Positions 8,531 to 17,799 of a stretch of DNA of 33,356 nt are shown here, in pieces (within the stretch, counting starts at the first letter, position 1; each line of letters opens with the position of its first letter). Both the position numbers and the translations under genes were made by a program. The DNA is taken from sequence record SRR31156797_5293. The stretch is one strand, 5' to 3'. The notes under the pieces are model-generated. The model was not told the DNA's origin, searched no databases, and saw nothing but the letters and a program-made list of their open reading frames with translations.

Positions 8531-9989
8531 TTTTTCCTTCTCCTTCTATAAAACGTTGATAGTCGCTTAAAATCTTGTGATCAAAAGGCTGTGGTTCATG
8601 AACACTGCAAGGAAATGAGTGTTTGACCGCGCGGCGTGCTTCAACCAGCGACGTGAAGATGCTAGCACTCATCATCTGCATTAAAAGATTGCCGATCGCC
8701 GTTGCTTCACTTGGGCCAGCTTCGATCGTCAGCTGCGCAGCATCAGCCGTCAGTTGATTTAAAAAGCGATTGTTGGAACCGCCCCCCACGATATGCAGTT
8801 TTTGCAGCTTGTTCGTCGTACCTGTCAGCTGTTCCAGCTTTTGCAATTCGCTGGCATAACAAAGCGCTAAGTTATCATACACACAGCGAGCCAGCTCCCC
8901 TGCGGTTTCTGGAACTTTCTGCTGGGTTTCTCGACAATACGCTTGCAGTTCAGTAATCATATTTTCTGGATTCAAAAAACGAGGATCATTGACATCGACA
9001 AACTGTTGAAAAGCAGGCGTTGCTTGCGCCAATTCCGCCAATTCTGCATAGGAATACTGATAATCTTGCTGCCGAGCCACTTCTTGGATCAGCCACATGC
9101 CCATGATATTTTTTAAAAAGCGAATCGTGTTGTGGGCACCCCATTCGTTCGTATAATTTTCATCGAAGGCGGCAAGGGAAACGTTGGGTACTTTGGTTTC
9201 GATCCCCAGCAATGACCATGTCCCGCTGCTGATGTAGCCCCACTCTGACCCTTCTCCGGGTGTACCGATGATCGCCGACGCCGTATCATGACTAGCGACA
9301 GTGACAAAGGTCGCTTGTGGCAAATCATAGGCTGGAAACTTCTGAGTTTGCAGTGTGCCTAAAACCGTTCCAGCATCAACCAATGGTGGGAACAGTCCTT
9401 CTGTTACGCCAATCTCAGCTAATAATTCTACATCCCATGTTTGGGTATTGGCATTTAGAAGCTGCATCGTCGAGGCATTGGTTTTTTCCGTGACCATCTT
9501 GCCGGTAAAAACGTAGCCCAAATAATCTGGAATCAACAGCAGTTTGTCGGCTTTTTGCAACAGTTGCGCTTCTTCTGTAGCTAATTGAAAAATCGTGTTG
9601 AAGGGCTGCAGCTGAATGCCTGTTTTCTCATACAGTTTTTGCAAAGAATAGCGCTGGCCAAAAGCCGCGATCGCATCATTGGTGCGACTATCTCGATAAG
9701 CGACTGGGTCGCCTAAACGTTCGCCTGCTTGATCGATCAAACAGTAGTCCACTGCCCAGGTGTCGATTCCGACGAAGCAGTCATTGATACCGGCTTGTTT
9801 CACTTTTTGCAGTCCTACTAAAATCTCTTGGATCAAATAATCGATCGCCCAGCGGTCAAAGCCTTCAAGGGGACGAAAGCCGTTTTTAAAGCGATGGATC
9901 TCTTCTAAAGTGATCTGCTCATTTTCCCAACGGCTCAACATCAGACGACCGCTTGATGCGCCGATATCGATTGCGATAAATGTGTTCAC
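8505..9989 (-). CDS. rhaB: Rhamnulokinase (FGGY family)
   Basis: AIDIGASSGR, GIDTWAVDY, SHDTASA, ISSGTWSLLG, KNIMGMW. GTG start. Confidence 0.96.
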   Translation of the reverse strand: MNTFIAIDIGASSGRLMLSRWENEQITLEEIHRFKNGFRPLEGFDRWAIDYLIQEILVGLQKVKQAGINDCFVGIDTWAVDYCLIDQAGERLGDPVAYRDSRTNDAIAAFGQRYSLQKLYEKTGIQLQPFNTIFQLATEEAQLLQKADKLLLIPDYLGYVFTGKMVTEKTNASTMQLLNANTQTWDVELLAEIGVTEGLFPPLVDAGTVLGTLQTQKFPAYDLPQATFVTVASHDTASAIIGTPGEGSEWGYISSGTWSLLGIETKVPNVSLAAFDENYTNEWGAHNTIRFLKNIMGMWLIQEVARQQDYQYSYAELAELAQATPAFQQFVDVNDPRFLNPENMITELQAYCRETQQKVPETAGELARCVYDNLALCYASELQKLEQLTGTTNKLQKLHIVGGGSNNRFLNQLTADAAQLTIEAGPSEATAIGNLLMQMMSASIFTSLVEARRAVKHSFPCSVHEPQPFDHKILSDYQRFIEGEGKNDNDSTAL

Positions 9990-10020
9990 TGGTCTCCACC
10001 TTTCATTATCTTGGTTAAAA

Positions 10021-10128
10021 ATAAATCGATTACAATTTACTGATTCATTCTTGTTGCCTCAATTTTAGCTTGACAATCAACGAGTTTCATCACACAATTT
10101 TGATAAAGACTTGCACAATCTTGGTAAA
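10021..10128. promoter_or_regulatory. Divergent rhaB/araC promoter region with tandem AraC-type sites and cre
   Basis: Plus: TTGACA(10070-75)-17-CACAAT(10093-98). Minus: ATGAAA(10085-90)-17-TAAAAT(10062-67). Direct repeats CACAATtTTGaTAAA (10093) and CACAATcTTGgTAAA (10114). cre-like TGTAATCGATTTAT at 10021-34 (minus). Confidence 0.65.
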
Positions 10129-10140
10129 AAGGAGGATCCG

Positions 10141-11022
10141 ATGGATTACTGGGAAAAAGCCAACCACTCATGGTCAACCGATTCACTGCGTTACATCAAT
10201 ACTTCAACCCAAAAGCAGCGTGAACTTTTCTATTACATTCAAGAAATCGGCTATTTCAAAGCCAGCAAACCTTACTTTACAGAACGAGAGAACCTGCCTT
10301 CTTATTTGATCAAATATACATTGTCCGGTTGCGGTGAATTGCGCTACAAAGGAAAAAGCTATCAATTAAAAGCAGGTGATGTGTTTTTTATCGACTGCCT
10401 AGACTATCAGTACTACCGCACCGTTAGTCAAGAGCCCTGGGAAATGGACTGGATCCATCTATATGGCGCCAACGTCGCAGCGTTTTATGATGAATTTCTC
10501 AAAAATGGCAGTCCAGTTTTTCACACAAATCCTGCCAGCAGCCGCCAAAATCCGATCCATTTGGTCTTACAAGATTTATTGATGTTACAGCCAGAACCAA
10601 ATGCGAAAACTGCCTTCCAAAGCTCTGTTTTGATCCATCAGCTACTCAATGAACTGCTCCTGCAAAAATATCATCTCGATTTTTCGGATAGTGAGATCCC
10701 GCCTTATATTTTGCAGATTCGTGACCAGCTAGAAGAGGATTTCCGTCAAGGGATCACCTTGGAATCTTTGGAGGAAAGGTACCATATCAATAAGTATCAA
10801 ATCGTCAAGGAGTTTTCCAAATACATGGGCTTGCCCCCCATCGAGTACCAGATCAGCAAACGCATCTCTTACTCGAAAGACCTTTTGCGCTATTCTCGTC
10901 TTTCCATCAAAGAGATCTCATTGGCGATCGGCATCGAAAACACCGCCTATTTCAGCCGTTTATTCAAGAGAAAAGTCGGCATTTCACCTAGTGATTATCG
11001 ACAAACGGAGAATGGACGGTAA
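10141..11022 (+). CDS. AraC-family regulator, probable rhamnose operon activator
   Basis: N-terminal cupin ligand domain and C-terminal HTH (YFSRLFKRKVGISPSDYR). AAAGGAGG RBS before ATG 10141. Divergent from rhaB. Confidence 0.92.
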   Translation: MDYWEKANHSWSTDSLRYINTSTQKQRELFYYIQEIGYFKASKPYFTERENLPSYLIKYTLSGCGELRYKGKSYQLKAGDVFFIDCLDYQYYRTVSQEPWEMDWIHLYGANVAAFYDEFLKNGSPVFHTNPASSRQNPIHLVLQDLLMLQPEPNAKTAFQSSVLIHQLLNELLLQKYHLDFSDSEIPPYILQIRDQLEEDFRQGITLESLEERYHINKYQIVKEFSKYMGLPPIEYQISKRISYSKDLLRYSRLSIKEISLAIGIENTAYFSRLFKRKVGISPSDYRQTENGR

Positions 11023-11063
11023 AAAAGAAACATGAAATCATTCACTGATTTCATGTTTCTTTT
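11023..11063. terminator. Bidirectional intrinsic terminator
   Basis: Perfect 18-bp arms AAAAGAAACATGAAATCA / TGATTTCATGTTTCTTTT with a 5-nt loop, between convergent genes. Confidence 0.88.
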
Positions 11064-11079
11064 CATTGAATCTAAGGTT

Positions 11080-12894
11080 TTAGTTGGCAACAATAAGTGA
11101 CTCTTTTTCATTCATGATCTTCTCAAATGCTGACGCATTCGTTACCACAACTGGCGTAATGGTCGCATATCCCTCTGCTTGGATAGCTGCGAGATCGGCT
11201 TTTATCAGCGGCTGGCCCTTTTTGATTGCTTGATTTGCTTCAATAAGGGTCGTAAAGTGCCTTCCCTCTAGCTCTACTGTGTCAACACCGATATGGATCA
11301 AAAGTTCAACGCCTTGATCACTGGTCAAGCCGATCGCATGCTTTGTTGGAAATAAAGCAGTGACCACGCCATCAAAAGGGGCATAAAAGGTGTTTGATTG
11401 TGGTTTGATTGCTTTCCCTTGCCCCATCAAGCCTTCTGAAAAAACTTTGTCAGGAACCTCTGTTAAGGGAACGACTTCTCCTTGAACGACTTCTTGAAAA
11501 TTGATTTTTGTATTCACTGGCTCTTTTGAATTGACTGCTTTCCTTTTTTCAGGTTCTACAATTCCCCAAAAATAGGTGATTAGAAATGCCGCAACAAGCC
11601 CTACTACCTGCGAAGCAATCCCACCATAAAATCCACCATCGATTCCTGCTGGATTGATAATCAAAGGAATACCCAACAATCCTGAACCACCAAAAGAATA
11701 CTGCACTGTCTGCATAAATCCTGCAATAACACCACCTAAACTTCCACCGATGACAGCAGCGATCAACGGACGTTTATAAGGAAGTAATACTCCGTACAAT
11801 GCTGGTTCACTGACACCAATCAGGGTTGTCAGACCTGTTGAGTATGCGAGTGCTTTCGTTTTATCGTTTTTCGTTCGTAGACCAACCGCCACGACAGCTC
11901 CAGCCATTGCCATTTGGTTCGCTAAGAGCAGACCCATCACAGGATCGAATCCTTGCATCGCCATGTTGTTAAGAAAAATTGGAATGAATGCCCAATGCAA
12001 TCCGAACATGACCATCAAGATCCATGGTCCCCCAATCACCAGCCCGCCCAAAACCGGACTGAAGTGATAAACATTATTAACAAGCGTTGCCAGTAGACTT
12101 GATAAGTTGGATATAATTGGACCAACGACCAGCAAGGCAAGAGGGACAGAAACTAGTAACACGATAAGAGGCTGTACCATGAATCGCAAATCTTTCAACG
12201 GCCAATTCTGAACGAAGCCATTGATTTTGGCTGCCACCCAGACAGCAATGATTGCCGGAAAAACGGAAGAAGTATAGTCCATCATATTCACGGGAATCGA
12301 CAAAAAGGTCAAACTACCTTCTGTCGCATACGGCAGCAAAGTAGGATAGATCAATGATGCCCCAATCAACATTCCGACATAGCTGTTTAATTTAAAATAA
12401 TTTGCCGCCGAAGCACCTAATAAGATTGGCATGAAGTAAAAGAAAGCATTAGACAATGCATACAAAACGATATAGGTTCCCGAAGTTTCTGACAAAATAC
12501 CTGCTACTGATAAAATCGTCAAGATCCCTTTGATCGTTCCTGACGCAGCCATAGCGCCTAAAGCTGGCGTGAAAATCCCTGAAATCGTGGAGGTAAACTG
12601 ATCAAAAAGAGATTTTTTTGTTTTTTCATGGGTAGTGTCTTCTATTAATTCGCCGACTTGTTGCAGGACCGCTTCATAGACATCGTTTACACGATTTCCT
12701 AAAACGATCTGGTACTGTCCGCCCTGTTCAACGACTGAAATCACTCCGTCAAGACTAGCAATGGTCTCCTTACTTGGGGTATCTGTATCATGTAATACAA
12801 AACGCAGACGTGTGACGCAATGGGTCACCGATTCGATATTGGCTTTTCCACCAATTTCCTTTAAAACCTCTGTTGCCAACTGCTGGTTGTTCAT
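11080..12894 (-). CDS. PTS beta-glucoside-family EIIBCA
   Basis: EIIB HCVTRLR; EIIC VMFGLHW and GVSEPALYG; EIIA TKHAIG and LIHIGVDTV. Confidence 0.93.
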   Translation of the reverse strand: MNNQQLATEVLKEIGGKANIESVTHCVTRLRFVLHDTDTPSKETIASLDGVISVVEQGGQYQIVLGNRVNDVYEAVLQQVGELIEDTTHEKTKKSLFDQFTSTISGIFTPALGAMAASGTIKGILTILSVAGILSETSGTYIVLYALSNAFFYFMPILLGASAANYFKLNSYVGMLIGASLIYPTLLPYATEGSLTFLSIPVNMMDYTSSVFPAIIAVWVAAKINGFVQNWPLKDLRFMVQPLIVLLVSVPLALLVVGPIISNLSSLLATLVNNVYHFSPVLGGLVIGGPWILMVMFGLHWAFIPIFLNNMAMQGFDPVMGLLLANQMAMAGAVVAVGLRTKNDKTKALAYSTGLTTLIGVSEPALYGVLLPYKRPLIAAVIGGSLGGVIAGFMQTVQYSFGGSGLLGIPLIINPAGIDGGFYGGIASQVVGLVAAFLITYFWGIVEPEKRKAVNSKEPVNTKINFQEVVQGEVVPLTEVPDKVFSEGLMGQGKAIKPQSNTFYAPFDGVVTALFPTKHAIGLTSDQGVELLIHIGVDTVELEGRHFTTLIEANQAIKKGQPLIKADLAAIQAEGYATITPVVVTNASAFEKIMNEKESLIVAN

Positions 12895-15548
12895 TTTTGC
12901 TCCTCCTCAATAAAAAGTTTGATTTCGCCAGTGATCCCCAAAGGCTCGAACAGGACAAACTGTGAAAGATAATCCCGCATACTGCGACCTAAATTATTGA
13001 TCACTTCAATCTGGATGGAATTATTCGTTTCTTGAAGCAGGTCCGTCAACTCAAATGTATACGGTGTACTGATTCTTGTGCCTACACAATGACCGTTCAC
13101 TGAAACAGTCACAACTTCTGAAGCATCTTCAATACTTAATAAAACCTCTCCTGCTGCTTTAGGGAAGTCCACGGTATAAGTGATTTTCCCGCTAAACCGA
13201 CTGAAGTCATCACCGACTCCCAGTAAAGGCAATGACGAATATTGTTTTTGACAGGCAACTACCGCTTGCTCTTTCCCGATTCCTTCGAAAGTGACTTGCC
13301 ATGGCTGATCGTTTAGATGAACTTCTTTCACTGGTTTGCTTCTATCAATACGCAATGGTTGTTCCGAGGTAGCTTCAAAAAGAATCATACTCTCTGCTGG
13401 TGCTAAATGAATCTCATAGCTGCCATTTTTATATGACACAGGTTTCAGTTTATTTTCTACTGGATCATATTGAACTAAAGGCTTCTTAGCAGGAAAAACA
13501 GCCTGAAACTGCAGCGATTCACTGTCATTTTCATTGAAAAGCATGAATATTTCATCTGTCTGCTGCTGATAATGATAGTAGCGCAAATACGGCAGAGCTT
13601 TTGATGTTTCTAAACGATCCCGTACCTTCAAGCCAACGTTATCAGTGAGTGCTGTGAGCGGTGTTACTTCCGTAAGGCGAGCGAGAAGCCGCAGTTCATG
13701 GGTAAGCAGAGTTTGTTCAAGGGCTTCTTTCACCATTTCCTCAACAAAAATAATTTGAATTCCAGATTCTGCGAGAGCTGTCAGCTTTTTGATCAATGGA
13801 CCAGACATTCGCTCAGTATATGGAATGACTAGTGTTTGAAAGGCATACTCATTGATGACAAACGTTTGATCCGTAAATTGCGCATCAAGCATCATCTCAA
13901 CCGAAACGATTTCAAATTCGTATTGATGTTCCATCAGTTCACGAGCAACTTTTTGAATCGGCATATAAGCGCCTGCCCACTCCGCTTCAGCATGGTACAG
14001 CACAGCAATATCCGCTTGATGTTTCCCGTCGCTAAATAGATAACTCAAACGATTCATATACGTCATCAGCTGTTTGAAGCCCTCAAATTGTGGATTATGG
14101 CCTTGCGCATAAAAGTGTGGCGGGCAATCGGCATCAGGAAAGTCATTCATTGAAAAAGCATGAGGGACAAAATGATTGACCCCTCGCACCAGCATGTGAT
14201 CGGTTAGCCATTTCATCAGTTTGGTTCCTTCTGACCAACCATATGCACCGAATACTTCGCACATCGTTCGACCTTGTTTCACAGGGTCTAAGTTTCCTAA
14301 AGATGCCCCCATTTTCCCTAATGCGTAATGGAAAAATTCGCCATCCCAGCCAGTAGATGTCATGGCTTCAAAGTATCCGTCATTTTGTTGCGGCATCAAT
14401 TGATGCAAAACGACATCGATCCCTGCCATCGATTGTCCTTTCATCGATTGAAAGAAGTGACCTGCCCCATAGCCTAAACGTGCATGGGCATTGTTATCCT
14501 CAATCACATGTCCGATATAGTCGACCTTATGTTCCCGACACCAGCGTCCGATCCGCTGAGAAAAGTGTTGACTATATAGCTCAGAAACCAACGACATATA
14601 ATTGTAACGAATCTTAACCGTCTGTTTTGATTCACCACGATAGAGAGCCGGCAACAGCCCTCGCAGCTCAGTTTCAGATATGGCTAGCTGGTTTGCTAAC
14701 AAAGTCAACAAATCATACCGCCACGGCAATGGCATATCTACTTTTCCAAGGACTGCATCAGGACCCTTGATATTCCCAAACCGCGGTTCATCTGAGAAAA
14801 ATCCTTGGATCGTTGTGCCAAATTTCTCTCCAAAGTGTTGATAATGACTTTGATAAACCGTTTCCAGCAAAACATCCGTTGCTTCTGGTACCAAAGGATT
14901 CAAGTACCCTTGTGTCGAAGCTTCCCCTCCTTCTTGTGTCGTGTAAAAGACAAAGATACTCCACTCTCCTTCAGGAATAGACCAATACAATGTCTCATCA
15001 ATCATTGAGTCTGTAAGGTCGATCCACTCCTCCTCGCTGATCTGCTTAAATCCAGTTTTTTTGACCGCAACGGCGCTGATGATTTCAGCAGAAAAAAATG
15101 ATTTGCCACTCTCGTTAACCGTTTCCCCTTCGGAATTCAAAATATTCGGTCGCTCTGCATTGAAACACCAATCCAACATAATTCCAGCATTCTTTTTTGG
15201 GCCTACAAAATCAAATTGTCGAAAATTCAAAAATTCTTTCTGCAAATGTCGATGATTCTTCTCAATTTCTCCTGCGGCGTAGCCTGTTGGAAAGTGCTTG
15301 TCATCCAAAATCCAAAGTGTCATTTGTCTTTTTTCACACTCTTCAATGATGATCGCCAACTCGTCCCACCATTGCGCTTTCAAAAATTCTTCATGGGGTC
15401 GTGATTCGATGCAGACAGATCGGATGCCGGCTTCGTAAATTTTATTGATGTAAGTTTGAATCGTCTCCTTCTCTTCTCCATGCATCCATAAAAACGGAAA
15501 AATATGATTATCATATTTTTCGTTCAATAAATTCGTTATCTTTTTCAT
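12891..15548 (-). CDS. Cytoplasmic glycoside hydrolase, GH106 (alpha-L-rhamnosidase)-like
   Basis: PFLWMHG, LDDKHFPTG, FFSDEP, TMCEVFGAYGW, RGVNHFVPHAF, PPHF and a C-terminal beta-sandwich. No signal peptide. Family assigned by recall, not by HMM. Confidence 0.72.
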   Translation of the reverse strand: MKKITNLLNEKYDNHIFPFLWMHGEEKETIQTYINKIYEAGIRSVCIESRPHEEFLKAQWWDELAIIIEECEKRQMTLWILDDKHFPTGYAAGEIEKNHRHLQKEFLNFRQFDFVGPKKNAGIMLDWCFNAERPNILNSEGETVNESGKSFFSAEIISAVAVKKTGFKQISEEEWIDLTDSMIDETLYWSIPEGEWSIFVFYTTQEGGEASTQGYLNPLVPEATDVLLETVYQSHYQHFGEKFGTTIQGFFSDEPRFGNIKGPDAVLGKVDMPLPWRYDLLTLLANQLAISETELRGLLPALYRGESKQTVKIRYNYMSLVSELYSQHFSQRIGRWCREHKVDYIGHVIEDNNAHARLGYGAGHFFQSMKGQSMAGIDVVLHQLMPQQNDGYFEAMTSTGWDGEFFHYALGKMGASLGNLDPVKQGRTMCEVFGAYGWSEGTKLMKWLTDHMLVRGVNHFVPHAFSMNDFPDADCPPHFYAQGHNPQFEGFKQLMTYMNRLSYLFSDGKHQADIAVLYHAEAEWAGAYMPIQKVARELMEHQYEFEIVSVEMMLDAQFTDQTFVINEYAFQTLVIPYTERMSGPLIKKLTALAESGIQIIFVEEMVKEALEQTLLTHELRLLARLTEVTPLTALTDNVGLKVRDRLETSKALPYLRYYHYQQQTDEIFMLFNENDSESLQFQAVFPAKKPLVQYDPVENKLKPVSYKNGSYEIHLAPAESMILFEATSEQPLRIDRSKPVKEVHLNDQPWQVTFEGIGKEQAVVACQKQYSSLPLLGVGDDFSRFSGKITYTVDFPKAAGEVLLSIEDASEVVTVSVNGHCVGTRISTPYTFELTDLLQETNNSIQIEVINNLGRSMRDYLSQFVLFEPLGITGEIKLFIEEEQK

Positions 15549-15593
15549 ACAAATTCCTCTTTCTTTCTCATTCAACTTCATTTAAAATCATAA

Positions 15594-15607
15594 TAAATAC
15601 GCTTTCA
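15594..15607 (-). promoter_or_regulatory. cre-like site upstream of the hydrolase-PTS operon
   Basis: TGAAAGCGTATTTA on the minus strand: strong left half, weak right half. Confidence 0.4.
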
Positions 15608-15700
15608 AATGTATCATAAGCAATTCTGCAGATTGAAACAATGTCATCTTCTTTGCAGATAATTATCACATTTTTAGATTTACGAAAGGAGGAGATCATA

Positions 15701-16669
15701 ATGACAACCGAAGAAATGGAAAAAAAGCTTTTTCAGTTATCTGAGCGGGAATGCTATCACAGAGACCATCCAAACCACCTTTCTGACTATTATCAACAGC
15801 TGGAAAAAGTGATGATCAATGGCCGACAAGTTTACTTATTCGATAATCTGATGGAAGAACAAGAAAACTTTACTCTGTTAAAGCAAAGCCGCTTCAGTCC
15901 AGTTCCTTATCATAACCACAGTTTTATCGAATTAAATTATATCTACTCAGGAACATGCACCCAATTGATCGATGATCAGAAAGTTACGCTGACAAAAGGA
16001 CAAATTTGTCTGATTGATACCGGAATTCCCCATTCGATTGAAATGACTGGTGAAGACGATGTTTTGATCAATCTTTTGATCAAGCGGGATTATTTCGCTC
16101 AATTGATTAGTCGAGAACAGTTTAATGAAGGGGTCGTGCTTGATTTTGTTCTGACTGCATTGTCAGACAAGCACGCGCATGACCAATATATTGTCTTTAA
16201 GAACAATAAAGATGATCGGATCCATGCTGTGATTCAAGAAATGCTGAAAGAAACTTATGAAAAAGCCATTGGTAGTAAACGAATCATCAGCAATCTAATA
16301 GCCATTCTTTTCACTTTTCTCGTACGTGAGTTCGACTATCAGACCAACAAGCAAGAAGCGGCAAAAAAACAGCACATTCTAGCGATCTTGACCTATATCG
16401 AAGAGAACTTCCAAACGGTTACTTTGCCAAAACTCGCCACCCTTTTTAACTATTCTCCTTCCTATTTAAGTGCATTGATCAAACGAGAAACTAGTAAAAA
16501 TTTGACCGAATTGATTATCGAAAAGAAATTGAATCTCGCCCACAACTTAATTGCTTCCTCCACCAAACCAATCACCCAATGTGCGGCTGAAGCAGGTTTC
16601 ACCAATATCACTTTTTTCTATAAAAAATACAAATTGTATTATGGGCATACGCCAAAAAAGAAAAAATGA
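15701..16669 (+). CDS. AraC-family regulator divergent from the GH106-like/PTS operon
   Basis: Cupin PYHNHSFIELNYIYSG and C-terminal HTH (AGFTNITFFYKKYK..YGHTP). AAGGAGG RBS before ATG 15701. Confidence 0.9.
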   Translation: MTTEEMEKKLFQLSERECYHRDHPNHLSDYYQQLEKVMINGRQVYLFDNLMEEQENFTLLKQSRFSPVPYHNHSFIELNYIYSGTCTQLIDDQKVTLTKGQICLIDTGIPHSIEMTGEDDVLINLLIKRDYFAQLISREQFNEGVVLDFVLTALSDKHAHDQYIVFKNNKDDRIHAVIQEMLKETYEKAIGSKRIISNLIAILFTFLVREFDYQTNKQEAAKKQHILAILTYIEENFQTVTLPKLATLFNYSPSYLSALIKRETSKNLTELIIEKKLNLAHNLIASSTKPITQCAAEAGFTNITFFYKKYKLYYGHTPKKKK

Positions 16670-16732
16670 TTCTATGTCGCTACTTGCTTAAATAAAAAAA
16701 TGTGGCATAAGTTAAATATTCATGTTCTAAAC

Positions 16733-16759
16733 AAAAAAAAGAGTGGTTACCCACTCTTT
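16733..16759 (-). terminator. Intrinsic terminator after the GRP transporter
   Basis: AAAGAGTGG-GTAA-CCACTC followed by T8 on the minus strand. Confidence 0.78.
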
Positions 16760-16841
16760 GATTTTTAAGATAAGTTCTTTATTGGTTAAACTGTTATCTG
16801 CTACTTTATTGATCACTAACTAAAATTGCTCAGGTGCAAAG

Positions 16842-17696
16842 TTATTTCAACCAACTCATCCCTAATACACCAACAATATAGAGCAAGCTACCAAGAGCTA
16901 CAAATTGCTTTTCTCTGCCAACTTTTTGTTCCTTTAAGAGGACAATACTTCCATAAGTAGCAACAAGTAAGCTCATTTGAGAAAATGAATAGGTTACGCC
17001 TACACCTAAAGAAGACGATACAGCGAATAACGAAGTATTCGCGATAACCCATGTGCTACCAGTACCTAAATTGTGGATTATTTTGCGGAAACGCAACTGT
17101 TGCTTACTTTTCAAGGAAATTACGCTTCCCCCGAGAAACATCCCTACTGCCTGAGGCAAGAAAATCTGTGCGCCACTTATCTGAAACAGACCAGTGACTG
17201 TCACATATAGCATCAAAAAAGCTGAAGAACAACATAGATAAAGAAGTACTTGCTGTGTTAAGCCTGTTTGCTGATGAGTTGTCTTAGTTACAAGGAAAAC
17301 ACCAGTTAGAATGACTCCTAATGCCATGATTGAGAAAATTACAGTCGTTAAATCTGTCCATTCTTTGAGAAAGAAGCCAGATGCTAATGTAACAAATAAT
17401 AATTGGGTCCCGACGGAGACGGGCATTACTTTAGAAACCTCCGCTTTCTCCAAAGCGAGAAATTGGAAGTATTGTCCGCAAGCCCAAAAAACCCCAGATA
17501 ATAAACTGATGAAAAATGGCACCATGGCATAACTCACTTGATTCAAGAAACCAAATACACTACCGAAAATCAAGGCTGCGATTGTTGTTCCTAGCAGTTG
17601 TTCCTCTGATTTTCCTCCCATCAATTTAGCGACGATTGGCATTAAGCCCCATCCTAGTGCAGGCAGTGAGGCAAGCAATAAAAGTTGTACGGACAT
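16842..17696 (-). CDS. GRP (GlcU/RbsU-like) sugar transporter, DMT superfamily
   Basis: PALGWG, QLLGTT, SGVFWACGQ..QF, VSKVMPVSVGTQL. About 10 TM segments. Confidence 0.88.
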   Translation of the reverse strand: MSVQLLLLASLPALGWGLMPIVAKLMGGKSEEQLLGTTIAALIFGSVFGFLNQVSYAMVPFFISLLSGVFWACGQYFQFLALEKAEVSKVMPVSVGTQLLFVTLASGFFLKEWTDLTTVIFSIMALGVILTGVFLVTKTTHQQTGLTQQVLLYLCCSSAFLMLYVTVTGLFQISGAQIFLPQAVGMFLGGSVISLKSKQQLRFRKIIHNLGTGSTWVIANTSLFAVSSSLGVGVTYSFSQMSLLVATYGSIVLLKEQKVGREKQFVALGSLLYIVGVLGMSWLK

Positions 17697-17727
17697 AAAA
17701 ACTCCTTCTAAATATTGTAAAAAAGCG

Positions 17728-17793
17728 AGAACACAAAATCTTGTAGAGGAAAACGTTACAGAAGCAATTCCTTCTCGACAAATTTTGTGTTCT
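17728..17793. repeat. Long imperfect intergenic palindrome between GH38 and GRP genes
   Basis: AGAACACAAAAT...ATTTTGTGTTCT perfect 12-bp outer arms with imperfect inner arms. Confidence 0.6.
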
Positions 17794-17799
17794 TTATTC

